NCBI GenBank assembly: GCA_023898665.1
Contig: CP060233.1
Span: 146,801-210,800, forward strand
Direction: 5' to 3'
From: Candidatus Nomurabacteria bacterium
Lineage (GTDB): Bacteria; Patescibacteriota; Saccharimonadia; Saccharimonadales; HK-STAS-PATE-42
Length of the DNA: 64,000 nt
How positions within the stretch are numbered: position 1 is the stretch's first letter; each line of letters opens with the position of its first letter. Shown piece after piece: positions 1-9,636 of the stretch. Position numbers and translations under genes: made by a program. The notes below the pieces were generated by a model. It saw nothing but the letters and a program-made list of their open reading frames with translations. It was not told the DNA's origin and did no database searches.

Positions 1-1147
1 TTTTGCCGTCCTCGTTAGTTTCTTGAATCTGCCCAAACCAAGCGTGGAAGAGTTCGGTTGATTCTAGCCAGCCCAGTTTTTTTGCTAGAGCGAAGACTTG
101 TTGAAAGTGAAATCTTTGTTGGATATCTACCGAGTAGATTATCTTCTTTGGAGTTTTTGGATAGTTTTTGAGTCTATGCTCGATTGTTGCAATGTCAGTA
201 GTGGCGTAGAGAGACGTTCCGTCGCTTTTCTCTATCAGTATTGGAGTTTTTATGTCGTATTCTTCGAGATTGACTATGACGGATCCGTCTGATTGCTTTG
301 TCGCGACACCATCTTTTATTAGTTCTTGGACGATTTGTTTTCCTCTTTTTAAGAAGAATGATTCGCCAAGGTTCTCATCTGGATGCACTCCAAGTTCTTC
401 TAGAACTCCGAACATGTGAGCGATTGTGACATCATTGAACTTAGCCTGGTACATCAGAGCCTCTGGATCCCCTGCTTCTAACTTTTTCAGCCAGCCTGCT
501 ACCTGCTCTTTTAGTTTAGTGTTTCCGGCTTCTTCCTCTTTTTTAAGTAGAGCTTTTGTTTCTGCATATACTCTACCAAGTTCATACGCTCCTCCTTCTT
601 TTAATTTTTCATCGCAACTCAATAACTTGAAGCCAACAACCCAAATACCAAATGGTGTACCGCTATCACCAATATGCGTATCTCCAACCGTTTGATATCC
701 ACTAAGCTTAAGTAGGTTTATTATTGCTTGGCCCTGTAGGGTCGGCCTTAGATGTCCAATGCTAAATGGTTTAGCCATGTTAAGCCCAACGTAATCTACT
801 ATGGCCAGCTCTCCAGAACCAGAATCGTTAGATCCGTAAAGTTGGTTTTCTTTGAGATCTAAACTTAAGTTTTCTGCAAGCAATCTTGGGTCGAGCCAAA
901 TGTTTAGGAAGCCTCCTGCCGGTTCTAGTTTTTTTATCTCGCTGATATTAACTTCTTGTGAAAGCTTTTGTGCAAGCTCGTTTGGATTTAAGCTTAGTTC
1001 TTTGGCGACGGAAAAAAGTGGGACGGCAATGTGAGCCCCAGTTTTTGGGTGAGCTGGGATGACCTCAAAATTATGTGGAGTTTTAAGTAGCTTCTGTAGA
1101 TTAACTTTCAGTTCTTCTGAGAATCTATCTAAAAAATATGTAGTCAT
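1..1147 (-). CDS. argS: arginyl-tRNA synthetase, N-terminal ~382 codons (C-terminus runs off the left edge)
   Basis: Absent from the ORF track because it has no stop codon inside the window. My translation from the ATG at 1145-1147 gives MTTYFLDRFSEELKV...IVDYVGLNMAKPFSIGHLRPTLQGQAI...IYSVDIQQRFHFQQVFALAKKLGW, which matches class-I ArgS signature blocks. Confidence 0.8.
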   Translation of the reverse strand, partial: MTTYFLDRFSEELKVNLQKLLKTPHNFEVIPAHPKTGAHIAVPLFSVAKELSLNPNELAQKLSQEVNISEIKKLEPAGGFLNIWLDPRLLAENLSLDLKENQLYGSNDSGSGELAIVDYVGLNMAKPFSIGHLRPTLQGQAIINLLKLSGYQTVGDTHIGDSGTPFGIWVVGFKLLSCDEKLKEGGAYELGRVYAETKALLKKEEEAGNTKLKEQVAGWLKKLEAGDPEALMYQAKFNDVTIAHMFGVLEELGVHPDENLGESFFLKRGKQIVQELIKDGVATKQSDGSVIVNLEEYDIKTPILIEKSDGTSLYATTDIATIEHRLKNYPKTPKKIIYSVDIQQRFHFQQVFALAKKLGWLESTELFHAWFGQIQETNEDGK

Positions 1148-1242
1148 TTGATATTAGTATAACAGAGACAGCGCTCTCATATATTGACGGGTAGTGGTAT
1201 GATTAAGCTTATAGTTAAATTTATTGAGGTTAGATTGACATT

Positions 1243-2325
1243 ATGGCTCCAGAAGAAATGACTAAATCTGAGGATAATAGTACTAAAAGTTCAAAAAAGA
1301 AGAAGCTTAAAATTATTGCCATAGTCGTTGGGGTAGTTTTAGTCTTGGGAGGTGTGACGGCTGCTTTAGTAGTTAGGAGTATTTATAACAAACCAGAGAA
1401 TGTTGTGGCTACGGCACTCGGTAACTACCTACTAGATGGTGAGGATAAGAACTTTGATACAAAAATCTCTCTTGATATGGAAGAGGCTTTGATGGGAGTT
1501 AAGAATGTTGACCTGGGTGCAAATGTACAGATGTCTGGTAAAACTACCCAAATTGACCTAACTATTAATGCCTCAATAATTACACTAAGAGGATCTATAC
1601 AGTCTAATGAAAATGGTAATCTTTATGTAAAGATTGAGGATATCCCTGCTCTCTTGTCTTCTTCTGCCTTGCAGGCTTCTGGTCTGCCTGCTGAAATGGC
1701 TACCCAGCTTTCATCTCTTGATAAAAAATGGATTGAGATAAAGCCTAAAGACATAGAGAAGTTGACTGGCAAGGAATCTGAAGAAAGCGCCCTTGATAAA
1801 TGTACGAATGCACTTTATGCGGCACTTGATAACGATGAGCTAGGTGGCTCTGTTGATAAACTTTATAAAAAGCACAGATTTATAATAGCTAAGAATGCTG
1901 TTGAAGAGAAAGTTGGCGATAAGGAGCTCCTAAAAGTTGAGGTAGGCTTAGATCAAAATAAGTTTAATGAGTTTGCTACAGAACTTTCTAAGTCTGATGT
2001 AGCTAAGAAAGCTATTGATGACTGCGGTTTATCATCAGATGGTAATGATAATAGCTCTGATGATGGATCAGAACTAAAGAACGGTAAACTAACTGTTTGG
2101 GTTGATCGAGGTAAGAAAGAGCTTGTTAAGCTTGAAGCGACTGGCGATAACTTTACAAAAGATGGTCAGAAGAATATGGGGATGAAGATGACTATGGACG
2201 CTAAAGAACCTGCGGTAAAGCTAGAGGCTCCAAGCGATACGGTGAATATTTTGACTTTACTTGAGGGCTTAGGGATTAACCCGGCTATGTTGCAAGGTCT
2301 AGGTGGTGGATCTACTGCTCAGTAA
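1243..2325 (+). CDS. hypothetical membrane-anchored protein (single N-terminal TM helix, large extracytoplasmic part)
   Basis: 360-aa ORF with the hydrophobic segment IIAIVVGVVLVLGGVTAALVV after a Lys-rich N-terminus. I recognise no family motif. Confidence 0.6.
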   Translation: MAPEEMTKSEDNSTKSSKKKKLKIIAIVVGVVLVLGGVTAALVVRSIYNKPENVVATALGNYLLDGEDKNFDTKISLDMEEALMGVKNVDLGANVQMSGKTTQIDLTINASIITLRGSIQSNENGNLYVKIEDIPALLSSSALQASGLPAEMATQLSSLDKKWIEIKPKDIEKLTGKESEESALDKCTNALYAALDNDELGGSVDKLYKKHRFIIAKNAVEEKVGDKELLKVEVGLDQNKFNEFATELSKSDVAKKAIDDCGLSSDGNDNSSDDGSELKNGKLTVWVDRGKKELVKLEATGDNFTKDGQKNMGMKMTMDAKEPAVKLEAPSDTVNILTLLEGLGINPAMLQGLGGGSTAQ

Positions 2326-2348
2326 TATTAAGATAAAAAGTGTTAATC

Positions 2349-2379
2349 AAAAAGAGCTCTAATATGAGCTCTTTTTTTA
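2349..2379 (+). terminator. intrinsic terminator after the 1243-2325 gene
   Basis: AAAGAGCTC-taatat-GAGCTCTTT hairpin followed by a T-run. Confidence 0.75.
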
Positions 2380-2540
2380 TAAATTTATTACGGTGTTATA
2401 ATAGATTTTATATGACAAGTGCATTTAGTTTAAATGAGATAATGCTATCGGGCTGCTTTTAGATAATTCTCTATAGGCAGTCCAAATCTGCTGAATTTTA
2501 TAATAAACTAAATAACCAACTTGATAACTTAAAACTACAA

Positions 2541-4013
2541 ATGACAAAATTTTATATAACGACAACAATCCCCTACGTAAATGGGGATCTTCACTTGGGC
2601 CATGCTCAAGAATTTGCTGAGGCTGATACCCTTGCTAGATATTACAGATCAAAAGGCGATGAAGTCTTATTTAGCGCCGGAACAGATGAAAATGGAGAGA
2701 AGAATTTTGAGGTTGCCCAAAAATCTGGGATTACTCCTCAACAATATGTCGATTCAATGCTTCCGAATGTTCTTGCTGTACATAAAGCTTACAATATTTC
2801 TGCCGATAGATTTATAAGGACTAGTGATGAGGCTCACCATGCGCGAGTTCAGATTGCTTGGACTAAATTAAAGCCTTATATTTTTAAGTCTAAATATATT
2901 GGTTACTACTGTGTGGGGTGTGAGGAGTTTAAGACAGAGACTGACTTTAAAGAGAACAATGGTGTTTGCCCGGATCATAACCGAAAGTACGAAATGAGAG
3001 AAGAAGAAAATTACTTCTTTAAATTGAGCGACTTTGGCGAAAGAATTACTGAGGCGATTAACTCAGAAGAAATGAGGGTAGTTCCTGATTCTAAAAAGAA
3101 TGAGATCTTAAGCTTAATTAAATCGGGGTTGGATGATTTGAGTGTCTCTAGGCCAAAGTCAAAGCTTGCTTGGGGTGTTGAGGTTCCTGATGACCCTGAG
3201 CATACTATTTATATCTGGTTTGAGGCACTTCTTAACTACATTACTCTAATTGGTTACCCAGAGCATGAAGATTTTAAAAAGTTTTGGCCAGCTGATTTGC
3301 AGGTTTTGGGTAAAGGAGTTTTAAGGCAACATGCGGCGATATGGCCGGCGATATTAATGGGCCTTGGTTTGCCACTTCCTAAAAATCTTTTTGTACACGG
3401 TTACGTTAGTGTGAACGGCAAAAAGATGAGTAAATCTTTAGGCAATAGTGTGGATCCTCTATATCTGGCAAAGTTATTTGGGACTGACGGGGCAAGGTAC
3501 TTCTTGCTCTCTTCTATACCTAGTTATAGTGACGGAGATTTTACCTGGCAAAAGATGTTAAATGTTTATAACAATGATCTTATTAATGGTCTAGGCAATG
3601 TCATCCAAAGGACGTCGATGATGATTGGCAAGTATTTGAATGGAGAGATTGGAGATAAAGTTCCGGGATCTAGACACGATCATACTGTGTATCACGAAGC
3701 TTTGAGCGATTACCGCTTTGATAAGGCATTAGAATGGGTTTTTGGGATAGTTGATGGGGTTAATAAATATTTAGAGCAGACTAAGCCATGGATGCTTGCT
3801 AAGGATGAATCTAATAAAGAGCATGTTAGAGAGATTCTATTAACCTGCGTTGCAGATTTACGAGAAGTATCTGCTTTATTGGCTCCATTTATGCCTCAAA
3901 CTGCAGAGATGATTAACTCTGTGTTTGGTGGCAGTGTCCTAAATCCGCCTCAAGGTCCAGTATTTGCAAGAGTTGAACTCCCTGGAGAGTTAACTGCTCA
4001 AGGTGCTGTTTAG
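2541..4013 (+). CDS. metG: methionyl-tRNA synthetase
   Basis: Contains TTTIPYVNGDLHLGHA (HIGH motif), KMSKSLGN (KMSKS motif) and a CxxC...CP knuckle. Length 490 aa. Confidence 0.95.
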   Translation: MTKFYITTTIPYVNGDLHLGHAQEFAEADTLARYYRSKGDEVLFSAGTDENGEKNFEVAQKSGITPQQYVDSMLPNVLAVHKAYNISADRFIRTSDEAHHARVQIAWTKLKPYIFKSKYIGYYCVGCEEFKTETDFKENNGVCPDHNRKYEMREEENYFFKLSDFGERITEAINSEEMRVVPDSKKNEILSLIKSGLDDLSVSRPKSKLAWGVEVPDDPEHTIYIWFEALLNYITLIGYPEHEDFKKFWPADLQVLGKGVLRQHAAIWPAILMGLGLPLPKNLFVHGYVSVNGKKMSKSLGNSVDPLYLAKLFGTDGARYFLLSSIPSYSDGDFTWQKMLNVYNNDLINGLGNVIQRTSMMIGKYLNGEIGDKVPGSRHDHTVYHEALSDYRFDKALEWVFGIVDGVNKYLEQTKPWMLAKDESNKEHVREILLTCVADLREVSALLAPFMPQTAEMINSVFGGSVLNPPQGPVFARVELPGELTAQGAV

Positions 4014-5014
4014 GCCTCTAGATTTCCTATTAGTCCCCTCATCTGCTCATCCATTAGGATTCTAACTAGTTGCGGGTCAGGTGGTCCGGCCATCTTCTCT
4101 GGCGGTAGTCCATCTAGCCTGTTTATATACCTAGTTCTCGTTCGTACTTTAGTGCCAGATATTTCAACTTTTTGTATAGAAACTTCATAGAACTCTCCTC
4201 CACTTGCTTTGTTTTTTATTGGGCAGTATTCTTGGAGACATGTTATACAGTCTTCTTCAGGTTCGGCATCTTCTGCCTCAAATAAAGCAGTATTATATAG
4301 CTCGAGCGTGGGTTGATGTTTGAACGGCTTTATCTCATCTGGATGTTTACCGTTATTTCTTTTCTTCCATGCCTTCTCTGCCTCATATCTTAAAACTAAG
4401 AATTTACTGAGAGTCCGAGCACATCGTGGTCTTGTCTCTTTTGACTCATTAAGAATATCTATCTCTTTGCCTTCGGCAGGTCTAGGGTCTGGCACCTCTT
4501 CTATTTTTAATGTAAGTTCTTCTTGTGGTATAACAGACTCTAGGGTTTCGGTGATTGGTTCTTCTGGTTGGGCAAAACCGATTTCGTCAAAGCCTTCACG
4601 TAGTATTTCATCCGCAACATGTATTAGGGTTACTCCATAATATCTAAGTCTTCTAAGTAGTCTTTCTTTCACGGCTGACATTTCTGGAAGTTGGAGCATG
4701 GTGATGTCGGCAACAGTTATGGCCTTTACTGTAGTTTTGGTTATTGAAACTGATACCTCTTCTAAACTTAATATATCTTCTCTAAATTTTAGAGGGCATC
4801 TTAGTAGCCCGTCAGGCTCAAGGCAGTTTCTGCAGTCCGATAATGGGTTTGTAAGTATAGCTGCATCACTGGCTTTTTGTAGCCTATCATTAATAGTATC
4901 CGGATCTTCAGTATCAAATGCAGTCTCAAAGGACTTTGCACAGGATGGATTAGTGGGCTCGACTAAATCTCCACTTTCTGGAGGTGGTGGCGATTGCCTC
5001 TGCTCTCCAATCAT
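4010..5014 (-). CDS. hypothetical protein with three CxxC...C(P) motifs
   Basis: 334-aa ORF containing DCRNCLEPDGLLRCP, DCITCLQEYCP and an acidic central region. No family recognised. Confidence 0.55.
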   Translation of the reverse strand: MIGEQRQSPPPPESGDLVEPTNPSCAKSFETAFDTEDPDTINDRLQKASDAAILTNPLSDCRNCLEPDGLLRCPLKFREDILSLEEVSVSITKTTVKAITVADITMLQLPEMSAVKERLLRRLRYYGVTLIHVADEILREGFDEIGFAQPEEPITETLESVIPQEELTLKIEEVPDPRPAEGKEIDILNESKETRPRCARTLSKFLVLRYEAEKAWKKRNNGKHPDEIKPFKHQPTLELYNTALFEAEDAEPEEDCITCLQEYCPIKNKASGGEFYEVSIQKVEISGTKVRTRTRYINRLDGLPPEKMAGPPDPQLVRILMDEQMRGLIGNLEA

Positions 5015-5053
5015 GGGGTGGATTGTACCTGTTGATGGGCTTATAAGTCAAGT

Positions 5054-5383
5054 TTAAGCGGCTATTTCTGGGTTGTCTATAACTACTTTTTCCTCGGGTA
5101 GTCTAGATGCTAACTTTTCTTTCTGTTGTTCAAGCTCCCCTGATGATACTGCTGTGTTATAGGCTTCAGTCATCGGCTCCATTTGACCTGGTTTTTTAAG
5201 GTTACAGCCAATACACCCCTCACAGTCGGCAGCTTTTGCTAACTCTTGGGCAGTTCTTGACTCACCCTTAGTAATTGATTCAAGCTTACTAGAGCCAATT
5301 ATAACCGGAGTTGATAATTTGCTAAACGCTAATAGCATTGCCTCCTGACATGAAATTGGTTTTTGTGACTTAACTTCTTCCAT
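5054..5383 (-). CDS. hypothetical small protein with a CxxCxxC motif
   Basis: 109-aa ORF containing DCEGCIGCNLKKPG. TGATACAAT lies 9 nt upstream of the ATG. Confidence 0.5.
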   Translation of the reverse strand: MEEVKSQKPISCQEAMLLAFSKLSTPVIIGSSKLESITKGESRTAQELAKAADCEGCIGCNLKKPGQMEPMTEAYNTAVSSGELEQQKEKLASRLPEEKVVIDNPEIAA

Positions 5384-5405
5384 ATGCCGAGTATTGTATC
5401 ATACT

Positions 5406-6221
5406 CTAGCTGTTTTTGTCAATGAGATGCAAGAGGTTCTCGTATAGATAGCTTATGGTTAGAGGTCCAACTCCGCCAATACTTGGAGTTATTTTTATGT
5501 CTAATTTGGAATTATATACTTCTGGATCTAGATCTCCTTTTAAGACTCCCCCATCTTCTGAAGTCCCGGCATCGATGATGACTTGGTTATCTTTTATCAT
5601 TTCGGATTTTATGAGCCCAGGTGAGCCGGTAGCTGTAATGATTATGTCTGAATTCTGTATAAATTCTTTTAGTTCTTCTGGTGAATTTGTCTCATCTAGA
5701 GTCTTAACTGATAGGTTTTGATCTTTTAGGGTTTTTAATAAAGGTAGGCCAACTAGTTTACCTTGGCCAATGATTAAGATATCTTTATCTTTTAGATCGA
5801 TATTGTAGCCGGCCAGAAGCCATAAGATTGCCCCGACTGTAGCGGGCTCCACTAAACTGTTTTTGTTTAAACCGTCAACGTCTTTTTCTGGTGGAATCAA
5901 GTTAGTCAGCTCGTCAGTTAAAGTTGGGTCTTCGAGTGGCAGTTGCAGGATAATCCCGTGCACTGATTTGTTTTTTGCGAGCTCTTTTATCTTCTCTTCT
6001 GCTACACTCTCAACAATCTGGTGTATATCAACTGTTATTCCTAACTCTTCTCCTCTAGCTTTTTTTAGCTCTAAATATTTTTGGCTAGGTTTATGATTTG
6101 GGTTTGTATTGATGATGGCAAGCTTTGGTTGGATGCTTTTGCTTTGGACTAAGCCTCTAATTTGTTTAGCCTGCCTTTCGGAGATGTATTCTACTAGTTC
6201 ACTGCCTTTTAAAAACTTCAT
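5406..6221 (-). CDS. folD: bifunctional methylenetetrahydrofolate dehydrogenase/cyclohydrolase
   Basis: Contains ILQLPL, DVDGL, GQGKLVGLPL and GGVGPLT blocks. Length 271 aa. Confidence 0.9.
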   Translation of the reverse strand: MKFLKGSELVEYISERQAKQIRGLVQSKSIQPKLAIINTNPNHKPSQKYLELKKARGEELGITVDIHQIVESVAEEKIKELAKNKSVHGIILQLPLEDPTLTDELTNLIPPEKDVDGLNKNSLVEPATVGAILWLLAGYNIDLKDKDILIIGQGKLVGLPLLKTLKDQNLSVKTLDETNSPEELKEFIQNSDIIITATGSPGLIKSEMIKDNQVIIDAGTSEDGGVLKGDLDPEVYNSKLDIKITPSIGGVGPLTISYLYENLLHLIDKNS

Positions 6222-6295
6222 GTATCTGTTATTTTAACAGAGAAAGCGTTACAATACGCCATGTAAGACAGAATTTAATAAGGAGATTCACCGAT

Positions 6296-6718
6296 ATGGC
6301 AAGAAGAATTAAGTCTAAGACTACTACTAAATCTGAAACTGCTGTGCAGAGAGCGGCTAGATTGACCAAGCTTAAGGAGGCCAGGGCGACTAAATTAACT
6401 GTTGGTTTTGTTGATTTTATTCGCGAGCAAGGTGTGGTTGGTTTGGCGGTAGGCCTTGCTATGGGTGCAGCGGCTGGAGCGGCAGTTAAAGCTATTGTAG
6501 ACGGCTTTGTAAGTCCGGTTATTGGATTTATCTTAGGTGGGTCAACTCTTGCTAATAAAGTTTGGAATACTGGCTTAGAGCGTGGTGGCAAAGAGCTTGT
6601 TATTGCATGGGGGTCTGCTGCAAATGCCGTAGTTACCCTATTGGCGACTGGTCTAGTTATATACTTCGTAGTTATGGGGCTAAAGTTGAATCGTCTCGAT
6701 AAGAAAAAAGAAAAATAA
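6296..6718 (+). CDS. mscL: large-conductance mechanosensitive channel
   Basis: FVDFIREQGVVGLAVGLAMGAAAGAAVKAIVDGFVSPVIG is a typical MscL TM1 region. An AAGGAG Shine-Dalgarno sequence lies upstream. Confidence 0.9.
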   Translation: MARRIKSKTTTKSETAVQRAARLTKLKEARATKLTVGFVDFIREQGVVGLAVGLAMGAAAGAAVKAIVDGFVSPVIGFILGGSTLANKVWNTGLERGGKELVIAWGSAANAVVTLLATGLVIYFVVMGLKLNRLDKKKEK

Positions 6719-6735
6719 TATATTACTTCAGTAGC

Positions 6736-7545
6736 CTATATTGGGATATCTTTTTTTCTAAAATAGAAAAGACCAATAAGGGTACTTATAATGAATGTAC
6801 CTAACAAAAAGAGGAGGCTTGAAGACTCAAGGCTGCCCGTAGTAACTACTCTTCCTGGGTTAAAATAATGGAAGACTGAGAAGTATTTAAGTTTATCTAA
6901 GTTAGTCTCTAAACTTGCTATTAAGTATAAGACGTATGATATAAGCAGGACCCCACTAATAGCCGCAGTAGATTTTCTGGCATCGTTTGCTATTGCGGAG
7001 GAGAGCATACCAAGGCCTAACACCGCCAATCCAAATAATAGCCCTAAGATTGCAATCATAACAGCATCTGAATTGCTAAGGTTGTACTTAAAGAGGGCCG
7101 CTAACGGGATAACTAAGACTTGGGAAATTATTACGAAAAATATTATTCCAATTGTTCCAGATACTAGTCTAGTTAGGTACAGTTCTTTTCTAGAGATGGG
7201 CATAGCTAAAAGATGGGTAATAGTTTTGTCTTGAACTCCTTGGGCGATGGCGTAACTGCTATAAGATACTGCCAGCATTATTAGCATTAATGGCCAAGTA
7301 AAGCCAAAGTGCTTTGAAGCCAGATAGCCTATTAAGGTCTGTGGTCCGGTGGTTATATTAAAGGCCGATATAACGCCTTTAGGTAAGGTACTTATCAACT
7401 TATCGTAATCAGCTGAAGATTTTTGGATAGCTGGAAAGGTGGCAATATAAAGAACAAGAAATCCAAAACCAATTAAGCAGAAAGTTGCCCAGCGCACGCG
7501 GTGATCTTTGATAGATTCTTTTAGAAGTTGTAGGTTTAGTCTCAT
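6736..7545 (-). CDS. ABC-2 type transporter permease
   Basis: 269-aa polytopic membrane ORF whose start overlaps the stop of the upstream ABC ATPase gene. Confidence 0.7.
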   Translation of the reverse strand: MRLNLQLLKESIKDHRVRWATFCLIGFGFLVLYIATFPAIQKSSADYDKLISTLPKGVISAFNITTGPQTLIGYLASKHFGFTWPLMLIMLAVSYSSYAIAQGVQDKTITHLLAMPISRKELYLTRLVSGTIGIIFFVIISQVLVIPLAALFKYNLSNSDAVMIAILGLLFGLAVLGLGMLSSAIANDARKSTAAISGVLLISYVLYLIASLETNLDKLKYFSVFHYFNPGRVVTTGSLESSSLLFLLGTFIISTLIGLFYFRKKDIPI

Positions 7546-8426
7546 GAGTATATCTCCTTAAAAATATCTTCTAAAGTTGGGCTAGAGATACTGAGCTGTT
7601 GGACGTTGTATTTAACAAGAATTTCTAAGAGTTTGTTTAGATCTCCTCTGAGTAAAAAACTAGCACTATTTATGGTAGTGGTTAAATCCTCTATATGTAA
7701 ACTGTTTAATTCTTTGGGCACTGACTTTTTGAAGGTTACTTTAATTGAGTGAGAGCCCACTTTTTTAAGTTTTGAAAGGTCGGTGTCGTCGATAATTTTT
7801 CCATCTTTTATGATTGCGACTTTACTGCATAGCTCTTCGACTTCGTATAAATCATGAGAAGAAAGTAGAATCGTCCCTCCCCGGGCTTGATAGTCACGCA
7901 GAAGTTGATGAAGAGTTGATCTAAAGAGTGGGTCTAGTCCTCTTGTGGGCTCATCTAGAATAAGTAGCATTGGATTGTGGATTAGGGCAAGTATTATTGC
8001 CAGTTTTTGATGATTGCCAGTTGAAAGTGCGCCAACTTTTCTGTCTCCATCAATTGAAAGTAATTTCTTTAGTTCTGTAGACCTTTTGGAATCAACTTTA
8101 AATATATGTTCTGCAAATTTGATGTGCCGATCGACGGTCCAGTTTGGGTATAGATTTGGTTCTGCTGGCACATAGCCGATTAGATTTTTGAGTTCTGTGC
8201 TGGAGGCTTCTTTATTCGCGTCTTTACCAAAAATGGTTACACTCCCCTTGTTTGGACGAATTGTGTCCGTTATACAGCGGATAGTTGTTGACTTGCCAGC
8301 ACCGTTTGGGCCTAAGAAACCGAAGATCTCACCCTTACTAATTTTTAAAGAGACATCCTCTAATGCTTTTTGCTTGCCAAAAAACTTAGTGACGTTATTA
8401 ATATCTAGTACAACTGGGCTGCTCAT
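7542..8426 (-). CDS. ABC transporter ATP-binding protein
   Basis: Walker A GPNGAGKST, ABC signature LSTGNHQKL, Walker B LLILDEP. Confidence 0.9.
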   Translation of the reverse strand: MSSPVVLDINNVTKFFGKQKALEDVSLKISKGEIFGFLGPNGAGKSTTIRCITDTIRPNKGSVTIFGKDANKEASSTELKNLIGYVPAEPNLYPNWTVDRHIKFAEHIFKVDSKRSTELKKLLSIDGDRKVGALSTGNHQKLAIILALIHNPMLLILDEPTRGLDPLFRSTLHQLLRDYQARGGTILLSSHDLYEVEELCSKVAIIKDGKIIDDTDLSKLKKVGSHSIKVTFKKSVPKELNSLHIEDLTTTINSASFLLRGDLNKLLEILVKYNVQQLSISSPTLEDIFKEIYS

Positions 8427-8461
8427 CTAAGATAAGATTAGCATAAAGAGTATACATGAGG

Positions 8462-8818
8462 CTATCTGAGCTGACTTAATCTTGTCTGAAGGATTTCTTT
8501 TAGGAGTTGTTCTGGAAATGGCTCGTTAAGTTTATACTTTAGGGTGCCTTTGCCTGATTCGTAGGGCTTTAATATTTCTTTTAAATTTTCTATTGGACCT
8601 GGAGTTGGGAAGATGCTTAAGTGATCTTTAAAAGCTCCAAAGTAGATCAGTGGCTTACCCTTATATTTAAATGCCGGCATGCCATAAGATATTGATTCTT
8701 CTGCTTCTGGCACTTCTTTTCTAACGATCTCGCGCAGTCTTTGGAGCTCATTTCTTTCTTCATTATCTAAATACTTTAGATATTCATCAACTGATGCGGC
8801 TCTTTTATCTTTATTCAT
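8462..8818 (-). CDS. DUF1801/YdhG-like domain protein
   Basis: The SYGMPAFKYKGKPLIYFGAFKDHLSIFP pattern is typical of YdhG-like proteins. Confidence 0.65.
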   Translation of the reverse strand: MNKDKRAASVDEYLKYLDNEERNELQRLREIVRKEVPEAEESISYGMPAFKYKGKPLIYFGAFKDHLSIFPTPGPIENLKEILKPYESGKGTLKYKLNEPFPEQLLKEILQTRLSQLR

Positions 8819-8830
8819 AGTGCAATCTTA

Positions 8831-9265
8831 TCAATCTAGTTTTGCAAAAGCGAATTCAAGTGACTTTTGTAGAACAGTTGCAATTAGTACTACTGCTAGG
8901 ATGCCAAAAAAGCCATGGATATTAAGATTGTTGCCAAAGATTAAATCAATCAGTCCAACGAAAACAAACTTAGAGCTAAACATAACAAACCAAGTGATAA
9001 AACCGTAAAAAAGTTTTACCTTAATATCTTCTGACTTCTTTAAATCTTTTATTAATCTCTTTTTAATTTTAAGCACTAAAAAAGTTAAGATACTTAAAAC
9101 AAGTGACCCTAAAAAGATGGTTGAAAAGCTTTTGGCCACGACGATATTTGTGTAGTCATTAAAGAATCCTAATACTGAAGCGTAAACTAAAGCCCCCAGG
9201 CTAATGTCCTTAAAGGTTAGTTGTTTAGTAGTAAAGCGAGGTGTTATTTCTTGTTGTTTTGGCAT
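8831..9265 (-). CDS. hypothetical integral membrane protein
   Basis: 144-aa ORF with about four hydrophobic helices. Confidence 0.5.
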   Translation of the reverse strand: MPKQQEITPRFTTKQLTFKDISLGALVYASVLGFFNDYTNIVVAKSFSTIFLGSLVLSILTFLVLKIKKRLIKDLKKSEDIKVKLFYGFITWFVMFSSKFVFVGLIDLIFGNNLNIHGFFGILAVVLIATVLQKSLEFAFAKLD

Positions 9266-9272
9266 ATTAATG

Positions 9273-9560
9273 TTATCTAAAAAAACTGATTACAATTAAT
9301 ATCATAGCTACTCCACCAAGGGTTTTTCTAAAATTGCTTGAGCCTCGTGTGAGCTCAAGGTACGCCCATGTAAATAGGAGAGCTGTGGCAAGATCTTGAA
9401 TATTATTCTTAAGTTGAATATCTTTTATAAATAATGAAAAGAGTTCGACTAGTAGCCAACCGGTTAAGGGGATGTTTGGGAGTTGAGCAATCGTAATCTT
9501 GCTCTCATCATTTTGGCAGAAACTAACTATTTGAGATTTTATGTTGCTTTTGTTCATCAT
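9273..9560 (-). CDS. hypothetical small membrane protein
   Basis: 95-aa ORF with hydrophobic segments. TGTTATTAT lies directly upstream of an ATGATG start. Confidence 0.45.
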   Translation of the reverse strand: MMNKSNIKSQIVSFCQNDESKITIAQLPNIPLTGWLLVELFSLFIKDIQLKNNIQDLATALLFTWAYLELTRGSSNFRKTLGGVAMILIVISFFR

Positions 9561-9571
9561 TTAATAATAAC

Positions 9572-9589
9572 AAAAGACCCTCCCGGGTC
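9572..9589 (-). terminator. intrinsic terminator (minus strand) following the tRNA-end repeat copy 1
   Basis: Minus strand reads GACCC-GGGA-GGGTC followed by TTTT. Confidence 0.6.
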
Positions 9590-9608
9590 TTACGCCGTTT
9601 ACGTTAGG

Positions 9609-9618
9609 TGGAGGGCCA
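9609..9618 (-). repeat. copy of the tRNA-Lys 3' end (TGGCCCTCCA on the minus strand), att-like, copy 1
   Basis: Plus strand TGGAGGGCCA is identical to 11104-11113. It is followed by ATTGT, shared with copies 2 and 3. Confidence 0.7.
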
Positions 9619-9636
9619 TTGTGGAGCTAGTTGCAA

